Below are positions 7,572 to 19,329 of a DNA stretch of 64,000 nucleotides, piece by piece. The stretch covers positions 5,871 to 69,870 of the forward strand of contig CAZKGD010000006.1 in the NCBI GenBank assembly GCA_964552215.1. Direction: 5' to 3'. Every line of letters begins with the position of its first letter. Positions within the stretch are counted from its first letter, which is position 1. The notes below the pieces were generated by a model. It did no database searches, was not told the origin of the DNA, and saw only the letters and a list, made by a program, of their open reading frames with translations. The stretch is from an uncultured Caldimonas sp. GTDB lineage: Bacteria > Pseudomonadota > Gammaproteobacteria > Burkholderiales > Burkholderiaceae_C. A program made the position numbers and the translations under genes.

Positions 7572-8927
7572 ATGACCTTGTCGAGACCCCTGGGCGCCCT
7601 GGCGGCTGCCACCCTCCTGCTCTTGTCGGCCTGTGGCGGCGGGGGCGACGCCCCGCGCGGCGCGGTCGTCTCGGCCAGCGTCGTGGGCGGCCTGAGTGCG
7701 GAGCAGATCGATGCCGGCACACAGGCCTCTGGTCTGCAGGCCTTGTCAGGCACCGCACAGTGCGGCGTGGTCGCCCACCAGGTGCGCTACGTCACGCGCG
7801 ACCCGCGCGGCCGCGAGGCCGAGGCCACCACCGGGGTGCTGGTGCCCAGCGGCGCTTCAGCCGCCTGTTCCGGCGCGCGCCCGGTGGTGCTCTACGCCCA
7901 CGGCACGAGCGTGGACAGCGGCAAGAACATGGCCAGCCTCGCCGACGGCGAAACCCAGCTCGTGCTGGCGATGTTCGCTGCGCAGGGCTACATCGTGGTG
8001 GCCCCCAACTACCTGGGCTACACCGGCTCCAGCCAGACCTGGCACCCCTATCTGAACGCCGAGGCCCAGGCGGTGGACATGGTCGATGGCCTGCGCGCCG
8101 CGCGCCGTGCGCTGCAGGTGGCGGGCGGCCCGCAGCCCACCGGGGCGCTGTTCGTCACCGGCTACTCGCAAGGCGGCCACGTGGCGATGGCCACCCACCG
8201 CACGCTGCAGCGTGATCATGCCACCGAGTTTCCGGTGACGGCCTCGGGCCCGATGGCCGGGCCCTACAACCTGGCCGAGTTCGGGCGCCTGATCAACGAG
8301 GACCAAGTGATCAATGCCGGCGCCGTGCTCTTCACGCCGCTGCTGCTCACCAGCTACCAGCGCTCCTATGGGGACGTGTACACCAGCACCGCCCAGGCCT
8401 ACAACGCGGCTTACGCAGCCACCATCGAATCACTCCTGCCCAGCAGCTCCAGCGTCAACGAGTTGATCGGCCTGGGCCGGCTGCCAGCGGACCCGACCCT
8501 GACGGTCAAGCTCTTCCAGAACAGCACCTACCCCGATGGCCTGATCCTCGACAGCTACCGACAGGATTACGTGAACAACCCCAACAACGGCTTCCGCCGT
8601 GCGATGGCGCGCAACACCCTGCTGGGCTGGACGCCCACCCGACCAGTGGCCATGTGCTCGGGTGCGCAAGATCCTACGGTGTTCTTCGCCATCAACCAGC
8701 CGGTGATGCTGGCCGACCTGAACAGCCGCATGCAAGCCCCGCTGCAGGCGATCGGCTTTGACCTGGAAGACGTGACCACCGTGGGCAGCGACATCTACAA
8801 CGCATTCCAAGACGCGAAAGCAGCTGCTGGCGCGAACGCCACGGCCCAGTACCACGGCACGCTGGTCCCGCCCTTCTGCACCGCCCTGATCCGCGGGTTC
8901 TTCCAGCAGTTCCTGGCCCCGCAGTGA
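7572..8927 (+). CDS. Secreted lipase/esterase lipoprotein (alpha/beta hydrolase)
   Basis: Lipobox LSAC, YAHGT oxyanion motif, GYSQGG nucleophile elbow, C-terminal YHG. Confidence 0.85.
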   Translation: MTLSRPLGALAAATLLLLSACGGGGDAPRGAVVSASVVGGLSAEQIDAGTQASGLQALSGTAQCGVVAHQVRYVTRDPRGREAEATTGVLVPSGASAACSGARPVVLYAHGTSVDSGKNMASLADGETQLVLAMFAAQGYIVVAPNYLGYTGSSQTWHPYLNAEAQAVDMVDGLRAARRALQVAGGPQPTGALFVTGYSQGGHVAMATHRTLQRDHATEFPVTASGPMAGPYNLAEFGRLINEDQVINAGAVLFTPLLLTSYQRSYGDVYTSTAQAYNAAYAATIESLLPSSSSVNELIGLGRLPADPTLTVKLFQNSTYPDGLILDSYRQDYVNNPNNGFRRAMARNTLLGWTPTRPVAMCSGAQDPTVFFAINQPVMLADLNSRMQAPLQAIGFDLEDVTTVGSDIYNAFQDAKAAAGANATAQYHGTLVPPFCTALIRGFFQQFLAPQ

Positions 8928-8985
8928 TCCCTCGCGGCGTCGTTCGCCTCACAATGCGCACGACGCTTTCACGAGGGACCGACCC

Positions 8986-9627
8986 ATGCTGCAACTGCAC
9001 CACTACCCCAGCACCGCTTCGATGGCGCCCCACATCCTCCTGGAGGAGCTGGGCGCGCCCTACGAACTGTTGCTGGTGGACCGCACGAAGAACGCCCACA
9101 AGTCGCCCGAGTACCTGAAGCTCAATCCCAACGGGCTGATCCCGGTGCTGGTCGACGGCGACCTGGTCCTGTACGAGACCGCGGCCATCAGCCTGCACCT
9201 GTGCGACACCCACCCGCAGGCCGGCCTGGCACCCGCGCTGGGCACCCCCGAGCGGGCGCACTTCTACAAGTGGCTGATGTGGCTCACCAACACGCTGCAG
9301 GCCACGCTCATCGTCTACTTCTACCCCGAACGCTGGGCCAGCACACCGGGTGCGGTGGCCGAGGTGAAGCAGACCGCCGAGGCCAAGGTGGGCACGCTGA
9401 TCGACCAGCTCGATGCCGAACTCGCGCGGCACGGCCAGCCCTGGCTGCTGGGGGACACCTACACCGCCGTGGATGCCTATGCCCTGATGCTGTGCCGCTG
9501 GACGCGCAACTTCAAGCGCCCGGCGCGCACACTGCCGCACCTGGCGCCCTATCTGCAGCGCGGCCTGGCGCGGCCGGCCATCCAGCGCGTGTTCGAACAG
9601 CAGGGCCTGCCCCAGCCCTGGGTCTAG
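8986..9627 (+). CDS. Glutathione S-transferase (beta-class-like)
   Basis: YLKLNPNGLIPVL and LYETAAI motifs; GST C-terminal helical domain. Confidence 0.93.
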   Translation: MLQLHHYPSTASMAPHILLEELGAPYELLLVDRTKNAHKSPEYLKLNPNGLIPVLVDGDLVLYETAAISLHLCDTHPQAGLAPALGTPERAHFYKWLMWLTNTLQATLIVYFYPERWASTPGAVAEVKQTAEAKVGTLIDQLDAELARHGQPWLLGDTYTAVDAYALMLCRWTRNFKRPARTLPHLAPYLQRGLARPAIQRVFEQQGLPQPWV

Positions 9628-10940
9628 CCCAGACGGGACCGCCAATGCACCACCTGCGGCGTGGGGCCCTTGGCCAACACCCGTTCGTTGAGCAGCGCAC
9701 GGCCGAGCGAGCGGTGGGCGCCGCGTGCGCAAGCGCTCATCAGCGTGAGGTCGATGAGATCGCGCTGCGCATGGCTACCGCCAAAGCGATGTGCCACGGC
9801 GCGCAGCGGGGCGAGATGTGTCACGGCCGTGTCCCAGTCCTGTCGGGCGAAGGCGATGAGCCCGCGCATCAGCGGCAGGCCCACCTCCTGGGCCATGGCG
9901 CGGTTGAGTCCCGGCTGGGTCTGGGCCTGGTCGATCACTTGCGCCAGCAGGGCTTCGGCACCGCTCACGTCCCCGGCGCCCAGGCGGGCCATGAGGGCAT
10001 GCGCGTCGTTGAAGGCATAGTGTCCGATGGCATCGGTTTCCCGCGCCCATCGTGCGGCGAGCGCTTGCCATCGTGAGCCCACGTCAGCACCCAGGAGTTG
10101 CAGACGCCACAACAGGGCCGCCGCGTCCAGGCGTTGCAGCGTGAGGCCGCCCTCAATGAGCGGGGCCACTTCGCCGTCGTAGACCCGCAGGGCGCCGTCC
10201 AGGTCCATCGCTTCCAGGTGGAACAGCGCAAGGTGCCAGGCGTTGTGGCCGCGCAGGCCGTTGTCGTCTTCCGACCAGTTGCGGCGCTGCGACTGCAGCC
10301 AGGCGCGGCCGTCGTCATGGCGTCCCTGCATCTCCATCACATGGGTCACGGCATGCACGGCCCAGGGCACGCGGGCCCCACCGTCCAGGGCCTCGCGGCC
10401 CACGGCCTCGGCCTGCGGGTAGAGATGGTTCTCCTCCAGGCCGAAGGCGTACATCCCCAGCACATAGGGATAGAGCGCATCGTCGTGCGACCACTGCGGC
10501 AACACGCGGGCCACACGCAGCCGCAGTTCACGGGCATCGCCGCGATAGAAGTCGAAGAGATGGGCCAGCTGCAGGGCGAGGGGATCGCAGGGGTGGTCCA
10601 GCAGCACACGCTCCCACAGCTCGCAGGCGCCCTGCCAGTCGCCGGCCAGGGCCCGCTGCGCGGCACCCAGGTGGGCCTGCTCGCGTTCGTTGCCGTGGCA
10701 GCGTGCCGCCTCGTCGAGGGCCTCGCGTGCCGGCGCCAGCAGAGGGCGTTCGGTGAGCGAAAGCAGGAAGCCCGCACGCATCACCTGCGGCAGCATCCAG
10801 CCGGGGTCGGCGGCGCTGGCGGCATCCAGGTCGCCCAGCGGGTCGCCGTAGAAAGAGGACAGGCGCCACAGGGCCTGCTCGACGTGATCCAGCGCCGCGT
10901 TGCTGGCGGTGCTCACCGGGCAGCCGCGGCGGTCTTGCAT
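9624..10940 (-). CDS. TTC38-like tetratricopeptide repeat protein
   Basis: GMYAFGLEE, WAVHAVTHVMEMQGR, HNAWHLALF and GGSHAQRD are motifs of the TTC38 family. Start reassigned to ATG 10940. Confidence 0.82.
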   Translation of the reverse strand: MQDRRGCPVSTASNAALDHVEQALWRLSSFYGDPLGDLDAASAADPGWMLPQVMRAGFLLSLTERPLLAPAREALDEAARCHGNEREQAHLGAAQRALAGDWQGACELWERVLLDHPCDPLALQLAHLFDFYRGDARELRLRVARVLPQWSHDDALYPYVLGMYAFGLEENHLYPQAEAVGREALDGGARVPWAVHAVTHVMEMQGRHDDGRAWLQSQRRNWSEDDNGLRGHNAWHLALFHLEAMDLDGALRVYDGEVAPLIEGGLTLQRLDAAALLWRLQLLGADVGSRWQALAARWARETDAIGHYAFNDAHALMARLGAGDVSGAEALLAQVIDQAQTQPGLNRAMAQEVGLPLMRGLIAFARQDWDTAVTHLAPLRAVAHRFGGSHAQRDLIDLTLMSACARGAHRSLGRALLNERVLAKGPTPQVVHWRSRLG

Positions 10941-10944
10941 GGCG

Positions 10945-12333
10945 TCAAGCCGGCGGCATGGGCCAGGGCCGCTGGGCCGGGCGCAGGCGTTCCCAGGCCC
11001 GCGCCATCTGGAGCACGCCCAGGTCGTCGAAGCGCCGTCCGGCGATCTGCAGGCCGATGGGCAGGCCTTCGGCGGTGTAGCCGGCATTGACCGACGCGGC
11101 CGGCTGTTCGCTCATGTTGTAGGCCAGCGTGAAGGCAATGTGGTCGAAGGGCCGCGTGACGTCGTTCGTCGGACAGGGCAGCTCGGCGTCGAAGGCCACC
11201 ATGGGCGCCGTGGGCGAGAGCACGTAGTCGTAGGGCTGGGTGGCGTCCACCGTGGCCTTGCGGATGGCCAGGGTCTGGCTGTAGGCTTCGAAGAGGTCTT
11301 CGCCGCTCCAGCCTCCGCCACCCTCGGCCCAGGTGCGGATGAAGGGCAGGATGCGTTCCCGGCGGTCGATACTGAGCTTGCGCAGCTCGATGCAGAAACG
11401 CGTGCGCCAGAAGCGGTCCACCCCTTCGATCATGGCGCGGTCACACCAGGGGCCCAGCGGCTCGACGATGGCGCCGGCCGCCTCGAAGGCGCGGGCGGCC
11501 GCCACGATGGCCTCGCGCACCTCGGGGGCCACCGGCGTGCCCCAGCCGGCATCCAGGTGCAGGCCGATGCGCAGGCCCTTCACGTCGCGCTCCAGGTTCT
11601 GCCAGGCGATGTCCTGCCAGGGCAGGCTCATGTGGTCGCGCGCATCGGGGCGGCTCAGGGGGCCCATCATCAGCGCGGCGTCCGCCACGGTACGGGTCAT
11701 GGGCCCCGCCACGCGCGCCGGGTAAGGCGGGTCGATGGGGATGCGCCCGAGGCTGGGCTTGAGCGTGACGATGCCGCACCAGCCCGCCGGCAGGCGCACC
11801 GAGCCGCCGATGTCGGTGCCCACGTGCAGCGGGCCGTAGCCGGCGGCGACGCCGGCCCCCGCGCCCGCGCTGGAGCCGCCGGGGTTCTTGCGCAGATCCC
11901 AGGGGTTGCGCGTGAGCGGGTGGAAGCTCGACAGGCCCGAGGACAGCATGCCGTAGTCGGGCATGGTGGTCTTGCCCAGGAAGACCGCGCCGGCCTCGCG
12001 CAGCCGCGCGGCAGGGGGGCCGTCGGCGTCGGCCGGCACCAGTTCGGTGGCTGCCGTGCCCAGGGGCGTGGGCACACCGCGGGTGGCGATGTTCTCCTTG
12101 ATCATCACCGGCACACCGTCGAGCGCCAGCGCCTCACCGCGGCGCCAGCGGGCCTCCGAGGCCCGCGCCATCGCCATCGCCCCTTCCGGGTCGAAGGCGT
12201 AGGTGGCTTTCAGGTGCGGCTCCCAGCGTTCGATGTGGGCGATGACGGCGCGAGTCGCCTCGACGGGTGAGAGCGCACCGGTGGCGTAGGCAGCCAGCAG
12301 TTCAGTGGCGGACAGGTTGTGCAGGGCAGTCAT
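10945..12333 (-). CDS. Amidase-signature family amidase
   Basis: GVPVMIKEN, NPGGSSAG and GTDIGGSVRLPA (Lys-Ser-Ser triad). Confidence 0.93.
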   Translation of the reverse strand: MTALHNLSATELLAAYATGALSPVEATRAVIAHIERWEPHLKATYAFDPEGAMAMARASEARWRRGEALALDGVPVMIKENIATRGVPTPLGTAATELVPADADGPPAARLREAGAVFLGKTTMPDYGMLSSGLSSFHPLTRNPWDLRKNPGGSSAGAGAGVAAGYGPLHVGTDIGGSVRLPAGWCGIVTLKPSLGRIPIDPPYPARVAGPMTRTVADAALMMGPLSRPDARDHMSLPWQDIAWQNLERDVKGLRIGLHLDAGWGTPVAPEVREAIVAAARAFEAAGAIVEPLGPWCDRAMIEGVDRFWRTRFCIELRKLSIDRRERILPFIRTWAEGGGGWSGEDLFEAYSQTLAIRKATVDATQPYDYVLSPTAPMVAFDAELPCPTNDVTRPFDHIAFTLAYNMSEQPAASVNAGYTAEGLPIGLQIAGRRFDDLGVLQMARAWERLRPAQRPWPMPPA

Positions 12334-12341
12334 CAAGGCAA

Positions 12342-13106
12342 TCAGTCGCGCAGATACGTTTCGGGCTGCCAGGCCGAGGGGTCGGGCTGGACAAGCCGGA
12401 AGCCCTGGGGTCGCTGGCTCACGGTGAAACGCCCGCCACGGCCCTCGAAGAATTGGAAGCTGGCCTGGGATTGGAGCACCAGATCGTGTCCGAACTCGTC
12501 GCGAAAGCGCACCGGCGGCACGGCAGTGCAAGCCTCTGAGACTTGCGCATTGGGGATCGGTTGACCCAGCCCAGCGCGGCTCGGATCGCCGCAGCGCAGA
12601 CGCAGGCCCTGCACCTCGACCACCCGCTCATACGCCGCCAGCGGCGCTGTGTGGGGCGGGTCCCAGGGGCCCACGGAATACTGCCGATCGATCTCGCGCT
12701 GCCCCGCACTATCGCGGAACACCGCCACGGTACGGCCATTGCGATGAATGACGGTGCGCTCGCTCCAGCCCAGGCGGGTGTTGCAACCCTCCTCGGACTC
12801 ACCCGGTTCGATGCTGCGCTCGAGCTTGCGCAAGACGAAATCGCGCCCGTCGCTGAGAGTCCACACCCGCTCGATCACCAGGGGCTCGGGCAGACTCGGA
12901 AAGGGCACGGGCGCCCGCCCCTGCGCGCGCAGCACGGCATTGCAGGTGTCATGGGCCAATCGTGCCAGCCGGGCGTACTCGGACGCCGAGGACACCGTGC
13001 TGAGCGTCTCCACCTGATGAAAGCGGCCCGCCTGCGCCGCAACGGATCCCGCCGCCAGCCCCAGGGCCACGGCGCACAGGTGGCCAACCAGTGTCAAGGA
13101 CTTCAC
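12342..13106 (-). CDS. Hypothetical secreted protein (254 aa, 4 Cys in the mature part)
   Basis: GTG start overlaps the stop of the ABC SBP gene (GTGA). Signal peptide ...LAAGSVAA/Q. Fills the operon gap exactly. Confidence 0.68.
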   Translation of the reverse strand: MKSLTLVGHLCAVALGLAAGSVAAQAGRFHQVETLSTVSSASEYARLARLAHDTCNAVLRAQGRAPVPFPSLPEPLVIERVWTLSDGRDFVLRKLERSIEPGESEEGCNTRLGWSERTVIHRNGRTVAVFRDSAGQREIDRQYSVGPWDPPHTAPLAAYERVVEVQGLRLRCGDPSRAGLGQPIPNAQVSEACTAVPPVRFRDEFGHDLVLQSQASFQFFEGRGGRFTVSQRPQGFRLVQPDPSAWQPETYLRD

Positions 13107-14587
13107 TGCCACCGCACGGCCCCCATGTCGTTGGCGAAGATGGGCGAGCTGCTCCAGATGCCCTGCAGGCCGCGGCGGCTCACGGCGATGTGGGGCAGCT
13201 GGAAGAGGAAGGCATTGACCGCATCGGTGGCGAGCAGGCGCTGCATGTCGCCCAGCAGGGCCAGGCGGCCGGCCTCGTTGGTGGTTTCGTTGAATTTCGC
13301 GAGCAGGTCGCGGAAGGCCTTGGAGTCGTAGCCGAAGTAGTAGTCGGGGTTGGCGTAGATGGCCAGGTCCAGCGGCTCGACATGGCTGATGATGGTCAGG
13401 TCGAAGTTGCCCTTGAAGGCGCCCGACAGCCATTGGGCCCATTCGACGTTCTCGATCCTGGCGTTGATGCCCACCTGGGCCAGCTGGGCGGCGATGATCT
13501 CGCCGCCCCGCCGCGCATAGGCCGGCGGCGGCAGCGTGAGGGTGACGTTGATCGGCCCGGCCACGCCGGCTTCCTTCAGCAGCGCCCGGGCGCGCTCGGG
13601 GTTGTAGGGGTACATGCCGGTGAGGTCCACATAGCCGGCATCGCTGGGCACCATGTGGCTGCCGATGGGCGTGCCGAAGCCGTCCATCGCGCCGGTGATC
13701 AGGGCCTTGCGGTCGATCGCGTGGGCCACGGCGCGGCGCACGCGCACGTCGTCGAACGGCTTGCGGCGGTTGTTGATGCTGACGAGGGTCTTGCCCTCGG
13801 TGCCGCCCACCGTCACGTCGAAGCGCTTGTCGTTGCGGAACTGGCCGACACTCTGCGAGGCCTGGAAACGCGGGATGGCGTCCACGTCGCCGGCCAGCAG
13901 CGCGGCCACCTGGGCGGCCGGGTCGTTGATGAAGCGGAAGGTCACGCGGTTCAGACGCACATTGGCCGCATCGCGGTAGCCCGGCCACTTGCTCATCGTC
14001 ACGGCCGAGCCCTTGGCCCAGTTGTCGAACTTGAAGGGGCCGGTGCCGATGGGGCGGGTGCTGGTGGTGGCCGCGCTCTTGGGGTCGAGGATCACCGCGG
14101 TGTTCTCGCCCAGCCGGAAGAGCATGGTGCCATCGGCCTTGTCCAGCGTGAGGATGACGGTGTGGGCATCCGGGGTGTCGATGCGCGTGATGTTGTCGAA
14201 GACCGCCTTCTTGGCCTTGTTGGTGCTGCCCTCGGCCTTGGCGCGCTCGAAGCTGAACTTCACGTCCGACGCGTCGAAGTCCTCGCCATCGTGGAATTTC
14301 ACGCCGCGCCGCAGCTTGAAGACATAGCTGCGCCCGTCGGGCGAGAGGGTCCAGCTTTCGGCCAGCAGCGGGCCCACGGTGCCGTCCATGCGCACCTTGG
14401 TAAGGCCTTCGAGGATGTTGTAGTGGACGATCTCGCCGATGGCCGCGGCCGGGGCGGTCGTGGGGTCCAGGCCCGGCGGCTCCAGCGTCATGCCGATCAC
14501 GACACTGTCCTTGCGCGACTGCGCGGAGGCGCCCAGCGCCAGGGCACTCAGGGCCAGGATGGCCACGAGGCGAAGATGCCACTTCAT
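13103..14587 (-). CDS. ABC transporter substrate-binding protein, family 5 (peptide/nickel)
   Basis: Signal peptide, PLLAESW...LRRGVKFHDG and PIGTGPFK motifs. Confidence 0.95.
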   Translation of the reverse strand: MKWHLRLVAILALSALALGASAQSRKDSVVIGMTLEPPGLDPTTAPAAAIGEIVHYNILEGLTKVRMDGTVGPLLAESWTLSPDGRSYVFKLRRGVKFHDGEDFDASDVKFSFERAKAEGSTNKAKKAVFDNITRIDTPDAHTVILTLDKADGTMLFRLGENTAVILDPKSAATTSTRPIGTGPFKFDNWAKGSAVTMSKWPGYRDAANVRLNRVTFRFINDPAAQVAALLAGDVDAIPRFQASQSVGQFRNDKRFDVTVGGTEGKTLVSINNRRKPFDDVRVRRAVAHAIDRKALITGAMDGFGTPIGSHMVPSDAGYVDLTGMYPYNPERARALLKEAGVAGPINVTLTLPPPAYARRGGEIIAAQLAQVGINARIENVEWAQWLSGAFKGNFDLTIISHVEPLDLAIYANPDYYFGYDSKAFRDLLAKFNETTNEAGRLALLGDMQRLLATDAVNAFLFQLPHIAVSRRGLQGIWSSSPIFANDMGAVRWQ

Positions 14588-14672
14588 GGAGACACTCCTC
14601 GAACGAAGGGGAAGGAAAACCTGCGCTGCCATTCCACCATGAATGCCGCACCCGGGCAATCGCAGCCGCTCC

Positions 14673-15455
14673 TCACAGCGTCGGAACGGCCTCGAGCAGG
14701 GTGCGGGTGTAGGCCGCTTGCGGCGCATGGAAGACGGCGGCCGTGTCGCCCCGCTCCACGATGCGGCCGTGCTGCATCACCACCACCTCGTCACAGAGGT
14801 ACTCCACCACCGCCAGGTCGTGGCTGATGAAGAGGTAGGTCACGCCGAAGTCGCGCTGCAGGTCGCGCATCAGGTTGAGCACCTGCGCCTGCACCGACAC
14901 GTCCAGCGCGCTGACCGGCTCGTCGGCCACGATGAGCTGGGGCCGCGTCACCAGGGCGCGGGCAATGGCGATACGCTGGCGCTGCCCGCCCGAGAACTCG
15001 TGCGGGTATTTGGCCATGTCCGCCGCGCGCAGGCCCACGGCCTCCAGCGATTGGGCCACCCGCGCGCGGCGCTCGTCGGCGCCCACCTCGTCCATCACCG
15101 ACAGCGGCTCGGCCACGATGCGGCCCACCGTCTGGCGCGGGTCGAGCGAGCCGTAGGGGTCCTGGAAGACCATCTGGACATCCCGTCGCGCGCGGCGCAG
15201 TTCGGCGGGCGGCAGGCGGTGCAGGTCCCGGCCCAGCAGCGTCACCGTGCCCGCCGTGGGCCGCTCCAGCGCCATCACGAGCCGCGCCAGCGTGGACTTG
15301 CCCGAGCCCGACTCGCCCACCACGCCCAGGCTGCGACCGGCCTCGATGCGCAGGCTCACGTCGTCGAGCGCCAGCACCTCCTCAGCCGGTTGCCACAGCG
15401 ATTGGCGCGGCAGGCGGTAGCGTCGGGTGAGGTGGGCAACGTCGAGCAGGGTCAT
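14673..15455 (-). CDS. Peptide ABC transporter ATPase (DppF/OppF-like)
   Basis: GESGSGKST, FSGGQRQR and DEPVSALD motifs. Confidence 0.95.
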   Translation of the reverse strand: MTLLDVAHLTRRYRLPRQSLWQPAEEVLALDDVSLRIEAGRSLGVVGESGSGKSTLARLVMALERPTAGTVTLLGRDLHRLPPAELRRARRDVQMVFQDPYGSLDPRQTVGRIVAEPLSVMDEVGADERRARVAQSLEAVGLRAADMAKYPHEFSGGQRQRIAIARALVTRPQLIVADEPVSALDVSVQAQVLNLMRDLQRDFGVTYLFISHDLAVVEYLCDEVVVMQHGRIVERGDTAAVFHAPQAAYTRTLLEAVPTL

Positions 15456-15467
15456 GGTGGAAGGCCT

Positions 15468-16499
15468 TCAATGTGCCGGCGACCGCGGGGCATCGGGTGC
15501 CCCGACCGGCTGTCCGTGGCGGTAGGTGCGCCCCCCGTTGCGGACCGTCCACATGTCGAGGAGTTGCAGGTCGCCCTCGGCGCTTCCCAGGTCCACCAGG
15601 TCGCCTCCCTTGGGCGGGCGGAACAGCAAGCGCCCATCGGCCACCACATGGAAGGCCCCTTGCTCGAGCAGGCGGATCTCCTTCACGCCGTCGCGCACGA
15701 CACGCAGCTCGCCCTCGTGCGGCACGACGAGGTGGCGCCTGTTGACCAGCCCCCACAGCGAATTGCCCTCGTAGCGGGTGGCACCGGGATAGCGCACGAT
15801 CCCTTCGGCCAGCGTGACAGCGCCCAGGCGGCGCGCCAGCGCATCAGGGCCCGGCGTGCGCGATCCGCCCAGCGTGTGCAGCTCGCCCTGGTTCATGAAC
15901 ACCAGGGCAAAGCCGGCCCCCCGCCACAGCGGCTGGAAATCAGGCGCCAGGGCCAGCGGCAAGCGGACGGCGCCGGCGTAGAGGCTGCGGTCGTCACGTG
16001 CCAGGGTGTCCACCCCGTCGAGAACGAAGCGGAAGGCCCCCGGCTGCGCCCCCTCCAGGCGGTGCACATGGGGAGGCGCCTGATCGAACTCGCCGTAGTA
16101 CACGTGACGCTCATCGAGCACGTAATGGCGCGGCAGGTAGCGTGCCGAACCGGCATCGACCTCGTCGATGCGAAAGCGGCGGATGTAGAGGTGCTGGTGG
16201 TCGCGGCCGTGCCAGCGGCCCTGGACCGTCCAGGTCCGGGGGTCGGCACCGTGCACCTCCCGGCCTTCGTAGTAGACACGGTGCCGATCGAGCGCATACA
16301 TCTCGGACACCGGGCGGAAGCTGGCGCGATCGGCCTGCGCGATGTCGCGCCGCCCATGGGCCAGGCAGTTGCCATTGGGGCAGTAATAGGGCTGCCCGCG
16401 CCAGTTGGCGAAGTAGCTCTTGCTGACGGCGGCATCGAGGGGCGCGGCACCACCGGCCAGCGGCAAGATGCCGAACAGCAGCGCGGCCCAGTGCTTCAT
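15468..16499 (-). CDS. DKNYY-repeat-like secreted protein
   Basis: Signal peptide MKHWAALLFGILPLAGG. Repeats YALDRHRVYY, GRDHQHLY, YVLDERHVYY, ARDDRSLY with ADxxSF spacers. An alternative start exists at 16556. Confidence 0.72.
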   Translation of the reverse strand: MKHWAALLFGILPLAGGAAPLDAAVSKSYFANWRGQPYYCPNGNCLAHGRRDIAQADRASFRPVSEMYALDRHRVYYEGREVHGADPRTWTVQGRWHGRDHQHLYIRRFRIDEVDAGSARYLPRHYVLDERHVYYGEFDQAPPHVHRLEGAQPGAFRFVLDGVDTLARDDRSLYAGAVRLPLALAPDFQPLWRGAGFALVFMNQGELHTLGGSRTPGPDALARRLGAVTLAEGIVRYPGATRYEGNSLWGLVNRRHLVVPHEGELRVVRDGVKEIRLLEQGAFHVVADGRLLFRPPKGGDLVDLGSAEGDLQLLDMWTVRNGGRTYRHGQPVGAPDAPRSPAH

Positions 16500-16558
16500 G
16501 GCCGAGCGGACGGTCTGTGGAAGGAGTGGTCTTTGCATGAGATCCGGGCTGTCCATCC

Positions 16559-18356
<1,798 letters not shown>

Positions 18357-18360
<4 letters not shown>

Positions 18361-19319
18361 GCATCGCCCCCTTTCAGCCGCGGATCGATCCAGGCATACA
18401 GCAGGTCCACGATGAAGTTGATGAGGATGACCGCGCCGGCCAGCAGCATGATGACGTCACGCACCACGGCAAGGTCGCGGTTGGCGATGGCCTGGAACAC
18501 CAGGCGGCCGATGCCGGGCAGCACGAAGACGTTTTCCACCACGATGGCGCTGGTGAGCAGGTTGCCGAACTGCAGGCCCATGATGGTGATGACCGGGATC
18601 ATCGCGTTGCGCAGCACATGGCGCCACAGCGTGGCGCGCCGGCTCAGGCCCTTGGCGCGGGCAGTTCGCACGTAGTCCTCGCGCAGGGTGTCGAGCACGG
18701 CCGAACGCGTGAAGCGCGCGAGGATGGCCGCCTGCACGGCCGCCAGCGCCACGGCCGGCAGCATCAGCGCCTGCAGGCCGTCCCACAGGCTGCCGCCCTC
18801 GTCGTGTGTCCAGCCCGGAAAGCCGCCCGCCGGGAACCACTGCAGGTGCACCGCAAAGACCAGGATCAGCACGATGGCCAGCCAGAAGTTCGGGATGGCC
18901 AGGCCCAGCTGGCTGAGCGTCATCACCCCCACATCGCCCAGGCGGTTGTGGCGTGCCGCGGCGTACACGCCCAGGCTCAGCGCCACCGCCACCGTCAGGC
19001 CCATGGCCAGCAGCGCCAGCGGCAGGCTCACGCGCAGGCGCTCGGCGATGAGGCTCCACACCGGCGTGTCGTAGGCGACGCTCACCCCCAGGTCGCCGCG
19101 CAGGTAGCCGCCCACCCACTCGATGTAGCGGGCGAAGGCCGGGCGATCCAGCCCCAGCTGGGCCGACAGCGCTGCCACCTGTTCGGGCGTGGCCGTGGGC
19201 CCCAGGCGCACTTCGGCGGCGTTGCCGGGGAGGATCTCCAGCACGGCGAACACCACCACCGACGCCGCCAGCAAGGTGGCGACGAAACTGACAAAGCGCT
19301 TGAGCAGGAAGAAGCTCAA
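18357..19319 (-). CDS. Peptide ABC permease (DppB-like)
   Basis: GDLGVS, DYVRTARAKGL and DLLYAWIDPR motifs; TTG start. Confidence 0.95.
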
Positions 19320-19329
19320 GGCCGCCGCG

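Noticed and set aside
12342..14651. Single 769-aa protein or frameshift fusion with the SBP
   Set aside because: The N-terminal part is an alternative frame of the SBP gene. Only 12342-13106 has its own start and signal peptide.
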